Source: Epithemia pelagica
Lineage: Eukaryota > Protista > Bacillariophyta
Direction: 5' to 3'
NCBI GenBank assembly: GCA_946965045.2
Contig: OX337233.1
Location: forward strand, 3,348,001-3,412,000
Length of the DNA: 64,000 nt
Positions within the stretch are counted from its first letter, which is position 1, and each line of letters opens with the position of its first letter. Of the stretch, positions 1 through 10,200 are shown in pieces. The notes under the pieces are model-generated. The model searched no databases and was not told the DNA's origin. It was given only the letters and a program-made list of their open reading frames with translations. The translations under genes and the position numbers were made by a program.

Positions 1-312
1 GGGGCCCTCTTTGCCTGTTATTTGACGCATCCCTTTGATACCATCAAAACTTGTATGCAAGGCGATATCGAACGAAAAACGTATGGAACGCTGACCCAAA
101 CGGCGCGTACGATTTGGGGTCAACATGGACTGGCCGGCTTTTATCGTGGATCCACCTTTCGGTATGCTCGTCAAGTATGTGCCGTCTTTATCATGGATCT
201 CATGCAAGAAAAAGTCGGACAATTGCTCTACCCCCGCGCCTTTTCGCCCATGGACGACGAGGAAGAGGAGGAAGCCTATACCAACCAACGACGCTATCCG
301 ACACACATGTAA
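1..312 (+). CDS. Mitochondrial carrier (SLC25) family protein, 3' part
   Basis: Frame open from base 1: GALFACYLTHPFDTIKTCMQ...GLAGFYRG; contains the Px[D/E]xx[K/R] carrier signature and the G..GFYRG motif; stop at 310-312. Confidence 0.8.
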   Translation, partial: GALFACYLTHPFDTIKTCMQGDIERKTYGTLTQTARTIWGQHGLAGFYRGSTFRYARQVCAVFIMDLMQEKVGQLLYPRAFSPMDDEEEEEAYTNQRRYPTHM

Positions 313-749
313 TGACGGATTGGAACCACAACGACGAGTCGACTAGTGGGTGGGTGTGTAGCTTGTGGCGCGATCGACACACGGTTCCTACCAACCAAAA
401 CGATGTAGTAGGACTCTAGTACGCCAATTTATTTCGTAGTCAAGAAGCATTCAAGAGTATTGGTTTGTCTCTAGAAGAAGAAAAGAGGTGTGGATCCCTA
501 CCTAGAGTTGCCTTTCGTCAGCCATTCCAAGAAGAGATCGAGATCACCGCATAGTTCGTATCCTGCCGGTCGTCGGAAGGTCCTCATTTTTTACACGCAT
601 CTTGTGCGACTGAACTCGCACGCACACGCACGAAGGTGCACAAACGAGAACTGCAACTCCTGCCAACAACTTGGACAGACGACGTGTCCTTCGTCGTTCG
701 GGACTTTCGACTTTCGACAGCGTGTCCATGGTGTGGATTGGGTGGATCA

Positions 750-750
<1 letters not shown>

Positions 751-780
<30 letters not shown>
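751..780. repeat. (CTG)10 microsatellite
   Basis: Perfect trinucleotide run read directly. Confidence 0.95.
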
Positions 781-782
<2 letters not shown>

Positions 783-1107
783 TCCATGATGTCACATGGA
801 TGAAGAAGGAAGAAGAAGGTATCTTTTGAGAGAGAGACCATGTGAGCATATGAGAGACACATCTCAATCCGACACCCACATGACCTCTAGTAGACAATTC
901 TCCAAACACAGATATCATGTCCTTCATATTTTTTCATGGTATTGAAACAGGAGCAGGATGGCAACCTCAAGACCCTGTCCTTTCTACCCTCTCTCTCTTT
1001 CTCGCACAAGACGAGAGAGGCACCTACGATGATGATGTGACTGATTGACAAAAGAAACTATGAATCCACTTTACTACGGACACGTGAACCTATGACAAGA
1101 GTGCTAC

Positions 1108-4100
1108 CTATACCATTTCCCCTCCAATGGTTGTCTCCTGACTGTGCACTTCCATGACAGATTCGGAGATGGGTTGCAACTCGTGGCATGCCGTGTCCGT
1201 ATCGACCCCAAAACCAGCATGACCCGGTTCGTTCTGGTCCTCCAAGTCTTCTTCTTCTCCTCCTACTGTTGCGGATTTGTCTGGCTCCTCCTCCTCCTTG
1301 TTGTTGTCGTCGTCGCTGGCAGCACCATGGAGTTTGAGGGCCGTCTCGTGAAATTCTTGAATCAAGTGCCGTCCCTGTGCAGCCCATTCGCGTTGATTGC
1401 GCACGGCGTACTGATAGTATTCGTCACTGGAGACACCAAAGACACCACACTCTCTCAAATTGTGCGCCAAGGGAAGAATATAAGATTCAAAAAAGTTCAA
1501 TTCGGCCTGGTACCAATACTCGGAGGGATTTGGTTGTTGTCGTCCCTCGGAATATGCTCGATAGACTTCGCAATAGAGACGTTGATTCCATTTTTGATAC
1601 ATTTGAAAATGTTGCATGGTATGCGCCACATCGGATGCCTGCATCAAGTGTTCCAACACAATCGTGGCTCGACGACCATGGTTGGCTGCTGTGGGGGCGG
1701 ATTCTGCAAAGGCACGGGTCCAACGCTGCTTCCGAGCGGCTCCCAACTCGGGGTCCAGAATCTAGGAAAATACAACGACAAGGAAAACAAGAAGGAACAC
1801 AAGAAACGCGCGTCAGCAATTGTCGTTTCCAACACAAGACACGAACAGACTCTTGTTGTTGTGGTTCGTTTCGTCTTACATCTGTCGCCAGGACCAATTG
1901 GACCAAGAGTTGACGAAACCGTTTGGCTTCGGCCGGGGTGGTATAAATGGCACGTCGCAAGGCATGGTACTCGTCTTGCAGGAGGATGGACCAGGCCAGG
2001 TGCACCGAATGTTGTTCCGCCACGCTTTGGTTGTGGTACGTTTGGGCCAAGTCGCTGCCTTCCTGCACCAAGGTACGGTTGGGAACCCCGGCATGATCCA
2101 CATCGTGAATAATGGCCGCCAATGCACCTAATATATTAATATCGGCCCACAAGAAGAAAAGAAGAAGAAACACAAGGACATACAAAACATTTGAGAATGG
2201 TACCAAACCTCGTTTGGTTTTGTGTTTGGATTGACGTACACGCAAATTGAGTCAGAGGATCTGAGGTTATACCATAGGTGTGATCCTGAAGGATCCGCGG
2301 ATTCTTGGTAGTCGGATGGTCCTCGTCGTCGGCCGTGGATTCAGTATGGGTCGTTTTTGGCGGTGCAATGATGCGTGACAAGAGCTTGACGACCGACATG
2401 GTCACATGGGATGCATGTTCAAAGTTGTGAAAGGGATTGTCGCGATACAGGGATGCCACGACCTGAATATAGTCGTGAAGCTGATCTTTGACCGTGTCGG
2501 ACAATTCCACGCTGCCGGGGCTAGTATTCGTTGGATCGGTTGTCGTGTGGTTGGAAGAGGAGGAGGTTTCCTGGTACGGAGCAAGTTCAATCATGTCCGT
2601 CACTTCCTTCAGGATCAAGCCGTCCTGACGCAGCAGTTGTTGTTCGAGTCGCTGAATCGTCTCTTCGGAATCGGGTAGGCTTCCCGAAGCAATTCGGCGT
2701 TCTTGGACCTGTGTCAGAAATTGCGTCAAGATCTCGACATTCCATCGTACCAAACGATCCTCCTTCTTTTTTGCAGACGACGAAGCATCATCCGTAGTAG
2801 AGGAGGATTGAACCTTGTGGTACGGTGTGGTGGACACTCCAGAAGGCCCCAATACTCTGTGGATTCCTTGTTCCGAATCGGTCGTAGTGGTATCCTTGTT
2901 TCTGCTTTTGTCGGATTTGCTGGAGGACCCGGCCGTACTGGAAACATCCAGCCAAAAGGTTTGCATCTTTCCCTTTCCTTTAGCATCGACAAGGTCTTCT
3001 CGTTTGCGACACCAGTGTCCCTTGTTGGCTTCGTGCAGCAAGTCGGCAGTGTCTTGGGAGATTTGGATCCGATGAGCTTTACTGGTGCTTTCCATGCGAG
3101 AGGCCGCGTTCATGGTATCCCCAAACAATTGGAACCGCGCTCGGTCCCCCCGAAGAACACCGGCCGTGACGGGACCCGAGTGAAGTCCCACACGGATGGT
3201 GAGATCGGCCGTGTCGGGACCCAAGGTCACTTCCAATTGACGACTCTGAACCTGGAAACTGTACAAACAGTCACGAGCAAAACGGGCCATGACCACAGCG
3301 TGGTTCTTGCGAGGGTGTGGAAGACTGGTGGTGGTATACAAAGAAGATCGTGATAGGCCACAGCGGAACACGTGAATCAACAATCAATAGATGGGACACT
3401 TACCCTGCGACGGCTACATAACAATCCCCAACCGTTCCACCTTGAACACGCGACGGCGACTAGCACTGCCGTGTTTCGAGACACCAAGACCAAGACAAAT
3501 GTGTAAGTTGTTGAAATATCATGAAAGTGAAGGCCTTTTGCATACATTGTGTACTCACATGGCGTCAAACTCTTGATAGATTGTCTCCAATAAAAGAAAA
3601 ACTTGTTTGGGTTCTCGGGCTGAACTCCATGCGGTGAATCCGACAATATCGGCGAACATCTATTGAAGGAGAACGGGGCAAGATGAGAGGAACCGAAACA
3701 ATCCCATCATGTCATTGACGAAACTTACGATAGTGGTTCCAGTGACGAAGTCTGCGATTGGCTCCGATTCAATCTGTTCTTCTTTTCCGAAGTCGTCTGG
3801 GCTCATGAATGTCTCCAGTTTGTCTTTTCGCTTCTGATGCTTTCTATCGGCCTTTTCATTTTCCGCGGCAATCAATCGATCCCCGACAGATTTGGGAAAT
3901 AGAGAATGGACAATGGCAGTGGTTCTTTTGGCCGCGTCCACAACCTTGTTTTGTCGTCGGCGAACCATCCAGTCATATGTTGCAAACACGGAACATGTCA
4001 CGGCGAATACTGCCACCAAAACGGAGGCGAACAGGTATGGCTGATTTGTATGGAAGGTGGATTCAAATGTTCTACTGGGATATACAATCAAAGTATAGTC

Positions 4101-5445
4101 ACAGTGCCTTGCTCCATCTTCCTCTCCATCGTATCGGGCAAACGTTGCGAATTCGGCTCTTTGAGCAAGGTAGTTGTATCTTCTATCGTGCAAGTCTTCG
4201 TGGCCTTGAAATTCAACGTTCCCGTTGTCAATCACGAATGTCATTTCGCTCTCACAGGAGTCGTGGACGTCAACCACAAAACCTTCAATCTCTTTGGGAA
4301 GGCTTTTCTCAAAGTATGTGGCCCAGGCTTCTACCGCGATGATGATACCGACAATTGGTGCGTCTTCCAGGAATGTTTCAAATACTGGTTCGATTATGGC
4401 ACTCCGAGGAGAGTTCTCGTCATATTCAGATTCACTGTATCGAAGAAGAAAGGACATGTCTGTAACCTCAGATAGCATGGTGTGCCGGACATGAAGAGCA
4501 TCCCGTACTGTTCGTTGAATAGCAGGGTGCGAGTTCATATCAAAGTTCATCAGGCCAGTTGAAGAAGCGTTGGGTCCGTGCTGAAGAACAGGGAGAGTGA
4601 AAGTCTGTGAAGCCAATGCTAAGTTTGTTGATTCCACAATATCTTCAGAAACACGTTGAATGCCATGCACTGGGGCCATTTCTGGTGCCCGGTTGGGTCC
4701 AAACTTTCATAAAGAAGGTGAACTCGTTAGCTTTGGTTGTCCTTGGACCAGCAAATGGATGATTGAACACATACCGTGTCTCGAAAGATAATCTCTCGGT
4801 TGTTCTTGAGCCACTTGGTCCAGTTTGCTGTGGAACCCAAGTCGACCATTGGGGCAAAAAGCATCAGATCGGATCCCGCTAGATCACCCAATTCTTGTGT
4901 CCTTTGGTCGAAGTGAGGGAGGCTGACGAATGGCCACTGTTCATTTGCATCCATAGCATGCGAAGTAATGGACGTGGATAAGGTGTGGAGCTGTTGGAAA
5001 ACGAAAACCGACTTGTCTTCGGCAGCTTCGAGCAGTTCATTGGCAAACACTTCAAACTGTTTGATGCAGTCGTTCATTGTGAGGTGTGTGATGCGCCACA
5101 GTTGCTCAAGATGTACAGTTGTCCTCTTCTTACCTGGTGCTCAAATTCATTCGTCTCATCTTGGCGGACGTAATACCACGTTCCTGCAGCAGTGGCAAGG
5201 GCAAGAAGGGCCAGGACCACATATACACCAACTTTGGACCGGACGACAGCTTTGGTCTCCTCCTTGGCAATCTGGAGATTTGAAGACTCGGAAGTTTGTG
5301 TGCTGTGGCCATTCGATGATGAACCCTCGTCCATCGGGCCATCGTCTCGATGCACCGCTCCCTCCGAAGATTCCGAGCTGTCCTCTGTTGTTACTCGACC
5401 AAGGTCGATCAAAGTAGGATCCTCATGGCTTTCATGACGGTTCAT
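1108..5445 (-). CDS. Receptor-type guanylate cyclase fused to cyclic-nucleotide phosphodiesterase (TM - extracellular domain - TM - cyclase - PDE); 1-bp frameshift in exon 5
   Basis: Exons by GT-AG and frame: 5445-5134, 5056-4775, 4703-3729, 3659-3559, 3465-3404, 3324-2240, 2127-1880, 1761-1108. Cyclase motifs MFADIVGF, KVE[T]VGDCY, RVGLHSGPVTAGV, LFGDTMNAASRMES; PDE motifs HNFEH, HDVDH, ATD, QASDVAH. Exon 5 is 62 nt where 63 are needed. Confidence 0.9.
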
Positions 5446-6481
5446 GATGACAAGAAAACTGAAAGCAATGTGTAGTTTGCAAGGATGAACTTTGCTTTAT
5501 GAGTTTTGTGGCATGATTTTTTTTCTCTCGACCACTTTTACTCGTCGTTGGGTCTCTACCCTACACATTATCTTTTCATCGGGGTGTCAATGGGCATTAT
5601 CCCTATCAACAACCATCTGCAATGTTCTGAGGATCTGTTCTTTGTGCATGAGCTGGTACGGATGTGATATATACAATACCTTGACCTTACCATTGGTGCA
5701 GTCCAAAGTCGGAAGGATGCCCTGCCATATTCTCAGGAGCGGATGTAGCGAAGGCGTGTTCTCATAAGCTACGGTGATAAGTGGTGTTTGACGGTTTCAG
5801 AAAGAATGTCGATTCTCTGCAACCAACCACCAAGGGCGATCTAATCGTGTCTTGGTAGGGGGAGAAAGAAACATTTTGACAATATGATCTGAACTGATCT
5901 GAACTCACGGAGATCGATTCTTGAGAATCACTGATGGGATTATGGCCACGGTCCTCTTTCTCTGATTTCCAAGAAGGCATGACGAAAGCGGGCATAACAG
6001 GGCGATAGAGTACCGTCGCAGCAATCGACTTGGTTCCTACGTCGAATGGCCTGCCATTCGAGGCATAACTCGCGACAGCATCACAAAAGACTAGTGAGCC
6101 CAGGATATGCGAACACTTTGGTTTGCTACGGAGTATATGATTTGATATCGGCAATCGGAAGCCTAGTTTGAGAAGTCAGAGTCCCGTACAAAAGTCGTTC
6201 AGTCGTGGTACACGTTTCTAATCACGACTTTGACGCGACTTCTTTCAATTTCTGTCGTATCTTCCGCTCCGTTTTGTGAGAATGCCATGGCTCGTGTACC
6301 AGCTTGGGGTGTTTGGTACCGAGTATGGGCCGAAATGGCAGTCGAGTAGCATTGCAAGCTGGGTGGACGGGGGAAGCGGAAGCTTGGTCCCATGGTCGTG
6401 GTTAAGCGGCTCATTCGGGTGGTGGGTGGTGGTGATGTGATTGTTTGTGTGCACTTGGTGGGACTGTGGACCTGCATGCAC

Positions 6482-6601
6482 AAGACCAATTTGTGAGAGA
6501 GTCCAACTCAACAAAAGTGAAAAAACGATACAGAGCGTTACAATAGACTGTTCACCGGTTTTTCGGTTTTGTTGAGTGATGCGCTCTCACAAATTGGTCT
6601 T
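6482..6601. repeat. 120-bp foldback (MITE-like hairpin), unit 1
   Basis: Perfect 18-bp inverted repeat AAGACCAATTTGTGAGAG / CTCTCACAAATTGGTCTT plus inner 11-bp ACTCAACAAAA / TTTTGTTGAGT; no TSD found. Confidence 0.8.
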
Positions 6602-6602
6602 T

Positions 6603-7011
6603 CTGCGAGTCCCACGCTCTGACTTTGCTTCATGTTGCAGCTCCGGGTTTATTGTCTCTATGAGAGAAGCGACAATGACAATAGGTCTACATACTTTCAT
6701 ACTTTTTCACCCATGAACCTGTATTTTATAGTCGTCTACATGGCTATCCTCGTTTCCGTTCCTTTGGACTCTGTCTTGGACTCTGTCTCGGTTGTGCCTC
6801 TCTCATCGAGGGAGTATGCACAAGTTTGTTGGTCATCGTGTACGCCATATCTTCGGATGGGACCTTCCCTTCGGTTCCAACTCTGTGACGCTTGAAACCC
6901 GTCGTCGTTAATACCCCAGGCAAAGCAAAAGAGACACAGGATCCTGTCACAAGACCATTCCATCTCGCCGCGCCACCCAACCTGAATCTTCACATGGAAT
7001 GTTTTGGATCA
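6603..7011 (+). repeat. Left arm of ~410-bp inverted repeat, unit 1
   Basis: Reverse complement of 9123-9529, roughly 85-90% identical by eye with small indels. Confidence 0.9.
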
Positions 7012-7216
7012 TCTGCCAGATGTTGGGTGTGCCTACTTGTGGCGATTTAACGACTACCGTTACACGACAAAGTGCTTGAGACGGGCATACGGTCAGACGG
7101 TCGTCAGAATGAATTTGCCCGAAAGAGACATCTATCGACCCGTGTGGCTTGCCATTTGCCATTGTACAAGTATTGTATGATATCTAACGTGGACCCATTC
7201 TCTTCTCTTGTCCACA

Positions 7217-8665
7217 ATGACGAGAATTAAGAGGAAGTACACGTCGACAATCCCAACGTTGGGCGAGGGAATTCCCCGGCTGAAGAGACTCGTCTCGGAG
7301 ACGGGCCCTTCCATCCCTACGGACGAGGAACATGAGAAAGTTGCGTTTCGCGTGCGCGACTTTGGGCTGTTAGGGCAGGAGACGTTCAGCGAAATCAAGG
7401 ACTTTCGCACGACGCTGGAGGTGATAGACGGGCGAATTACGTACGTCACAGAGAACGACATTGCTTTAACCGTTCGGAGCTTCGTTGCATCGATCGTCGA
7501 TGCGCTTGGTCTAAGCGGCGATATCAAGGTCTACACCGAGATTGGCGTGTTTAAGCTTCGTCCAGACTTGTGGGTCGTGACTCTTCATGCAATGCCTATC
7601 GGTGTCATTGAAGTAAAAAAACCAGACATTTTGGGAAACGAAACTGCTCTGGACCACCCAAACGTACTCGGAGAACTATACGACTTCATGAAGCACCTGC
7701 CCAACTTTTATGGCGTATCCCCTGCATTTGGAATTGTAACGAATCTCAACGCGTGGCGTATCGCCTGGTTCCCAGACGCCGAAACGGACCGTTTTGCTGC
7801 GGAGGAAGAGGAGGTAGAAGAAGACCATGTCGATGCGCTTATCTCGCAAGTTCCTAGTGATAGCGTACTGTCTATCGCCTCGCACCAAATCGATAATGAT
7901 GGCAAGGATGACGATGTTGACGGCGATGATGTGAAGTGCACGGCCGACGAAAAACCCACCGATCGGGTATTGCATGTCTCAAGAATCTTTCACAAGAATG
8001 AAAACGATAGCGTCGCCGTCAAAGCTATTGCGGCTGCTCTTCTGAAAATGTCGAAAGCCGAAAGGCGGCCGTACGGCGATCCTTTTCAAGATCTTGACAA
8101 GCGCTCGTTACTGAAATTCGAGAAAGGAGACAACGCGTCTGTGTTTTGGACTCGTCTGACGCTTACCAATGGTCCCCAATGGGACAGAGTAGCTAACCCC
8201 AAGAGATGGCTCATCGCAATAGATGACCTTGGATATGGAGCCCACGGACGAGTTTGGTTGTGTTGCTCGAGCGGTGGCGCAGTCTGTGTGTTGAAGTTCG
8301 CACTCGATGGAAATGCGGCATCGCTAGATAAAGAAAAGGAAGTTTGGCAGAAAGTGTACCCTGCACAAATCAAAGTTCATCGGGAGAACTGGTGTGGTGA
8401 GCCCGCCCTTCGAATGCCACACTTTGCGAAAGTTGCGGAAGCCGACCGAAACGACTTTGTCCCACAGGTAAAGGCAACCTTAATGGCTAACTTTCACAAC
8501 AGAGGCATTGTTCATAAAGATGTGTCTTGGAGAAACATTGGGCAGTACGTAACAATCGCTGGCACCCCGAAGGCCATAGTCTTCGACATGGGGAGTGTGA
8601 GAGATCTGCAAGACGGTGAGGGAGAAGAATGGGTAACGGAGGCCTGCGACAAATTGATAGAGTAA
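7217..8665 (+). CDS. PD-(D/E)xK restriction-endonuclease-like domain + protein kinase (Crinkler/CR-effector-like), 482 aa, unit 1
   Basis: Intronless ORF from ATG 7217. Nuclease motifs RPDLWVV...IGVIEVKKP, GELYDFM, FGIVTNLNAWRI; kinase motifs LGYGAHGRVW, VCVLKF, HKDVSWRN, VFDMG. Confidence 0.8.
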   Translation: MTRIKRKYTSTIPTLGEGIPRLKRLVSETGPSIPTDEEHEKVAFRVRDFGLLGQETFSEIKDFRTTLEVIDGRITYVTENDIALTVRSFVASIVDALGLSGDIKVYTEIGVFKLRPDLWVVTLHAMPIGVIEVKKPDILGNETALDHPNVLGELYDFMKHLPNFYGVSPAFGIVTNLNAWRIAWFPDAETDRFAAEEEEVEEDHVDALISQVPSDSVLSIASHQIDNDGKDDDVDGDDVKCTADEKPTDRVLHVSRIFHKNENDSVAVKAIAAALLKMSKAERRPYGDPFQDLDKRSLLKFEKGDNASVFWTRLTLTNGPQWDRVANPKRWLIAIDDLGYGAHGRVWLCCSSGGAVCVLKFALDGNAASLDKEKEVWQKVYPAQIKVHRENWCGEPALRMPHFAKVAEADRNDFVPQVKATLMANFHNRGIVHKDVSWRNIGQYVTIAGTPKAIVFDMGSVRDLQDGEGEEWVTEACDKLIE

Positions 8666-8698
8666 CACGGACTTTGATTTCGGTACGATTCGGTTCAA

Positions 8699-8872
8699 TA
8701 TCCCAGTCACGTTCCCATTTCAGAGCAGTCACAAAACTTGATTGAGAGTATGTTGCATTCGGATCCCAAACAGCGACCGTCGTTGGAGTAAATTGCCAAT
8801 CATCCATTCTTGTTTCATCGTTGCATCCCACAGTCGGCGCCATTGATGGCGTTACAAGCACCACCGACCTGG
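8699..8872 (+). pseudogene. Fragment of a Ser/Thr kinase C-lobe, polo-like (copies at 24725-24898, 40887-41060, 54503-54676)
   Basis: Translates YPSHVPISEQSQNLIESMLHSDPKQRPSLE*IANHPFLFHRCIPQSAPLMALQAPPTW; resembles the end of a kinase domain (DP..RP..EI..HPF) followed by a PLK-like P..L..PP linker; in-frame TAA at 8789-8791. Confidence 0.6.
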
Positions 8873-8882
8873 ACGTTTGACG

Positions 8883-9110
8883 ATCGTAAGTTTCTTTAAT
8901 AGCATGATCGGGTTGCTTCAGTTCCTCTCATCTCACCCGCTCTCCTTCTAGATGTTCGCCGATATTGTCGGATTCACTGCATGGAGTTCAGCCCGAGAGC
9001 CCAAACAAGTTTTTCTTTTATCGGAGACAATCTATCAAGAGTTTGACCCCATGTGAGTACAACATGTATGCATAGGCCCTCACCTTCATGATATTTCAAC
9101 AGCTCACACA
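8883..9110 (+). pseudogene. Captured guanylate cyclase intron-exon-intron fragment (copies at 24909-25136, 41071-41298, 54687-54914)
   Basis: Inverted homolog of 3500-3731; the exon at 8952-9052 matches cyclase exon 4 at 97/101 nt (MFADIVGFTAWSSAREP...), with AG and GT splice sites kept. Confidence 0.92.
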
Positions 9111-9122
9111 GTTGGTGGATTT

Positions 9123-9529
9123 TGATCCAAAATATCCGGTTTCCTTCCATGTCAAGATTCAGGTTGGGTGTCGCGGCGAGATGGAATGGTCTTGAGACAG
9201 GAGTCTGTGTCTCTTTTGCTTTGCCTAGGGTACTACCTAGTTACGACGGGGTTCAAGCGTCACGGTTTTGGAACCGAAGGGAAGGTCCCATCCGGAGATA
9301 TGGCGTACACGATGACCAACAAACTTGTGCATGCTCCCTCGATGAGAGAGGCACAACCGAGACAGAGTCCAAAGGAACGGAAACGAGGATAGCCATGTTG
9401 TAGACGACTATAAAATACAGGTGCATGGATCAAAAAGTATCTAGTAGACCTATTGTCATTGTCGCTTCTCTCGTAGACACCAAAAACCCTGAGCTGCAAT
9501 ATGAAGCAATGCCAGAGTTGGAACTCCAG
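9123..9529 (-). repeat. Right arm of ~410-bp inverted repeat, unit 1
   Basis: Reverse complement of 6603-7011. Confidence 0.9.
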
Positions 9530-10200
9530 GCAGCGTTGGATTTTGAAATAGAAATAGAAATGAGAAGGTCTATGCAACGGATCTAAAAGCTATACTATGT
9601 AATATCGATTGCCACATAACTGGAAAAGGGGCCCCCTCTTTTTCTCTTCGTCTCTCCCCGAGACAGACTCCCACATTTTTGTCAAACACTCCACAAAAAA
9701 AAAAAAAGCGACGCGTCTAGATGTCTATCATATGTAATAGACGATGGACTTGAAGTTTCACATGCTTGCCTCTCTAGACCACCCTTAATAGTCCCATCCA
9801 TCCTTCTATTATCCATCCTTCTATTATTCGAAAAAGGTTGTTGATTGATCATCCATCGTGGCCAAAGTGCACCAGCATTAAGAAATTGGAGTTTGTGTTT
9901 TGACGAATCAATCACGCATATCTCGTTTGTGTTTGCTACGTTTGAGAGAGTGAAGAAAAGCCAAACACACCCGAACGAGAAATCACTGCTTGCCATCACG
10001 ACAGTCACATCTATTTACAAAACCAAGTATAAAGACCTTAGACTCTACCTCTGCGATTGACACACCCACTCTCCCCCAGACTTGTGAACTTTCTCCTCTC
10101 TCCATTGATTTTCATTGAACGAAACCATTACAGAATGAAGGCTTTGGGTGTGACTCCAAAACCAGTTGGAAAGGACGACACACTCTAATTGTCGTCCGCC

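Noticed and set aside
544-927. Overlapping short ORFs with poly-Q, poly-A or poly-L
   Set aside because: All arise from the (CTG)10 repeat; no recognisable domain, so no CDS called.
1144-2112. 322-aa plus-strand ORF (and other + ORFs over 1144-5437)
   Set aside because: Antisense shadows of the cyclase-PDE exons with no motif of their own.
5492-6514. Small ORFs upstream of the cyclase (91-130 aa), repeated in most units
   Set aside because: Conserved only because the units are near-identical; no motifs recognised; could be further gene scraps but not supportable.
6736-6993. ORFs inside the IR arms (NRREGPIRRYGVHDD / TEGKVPS.DMAY frames)
   Set aside because: Several frames are open and substitutions do not clearly favour one; may be a gene remnant but unassigned.
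6590-9545. Target-site duplication around the IR cassette or the foldback
   Set aside because: Flanks compared for 2-10 bp duplications; none found, so the cassette is not listed as a mobile_element feature.
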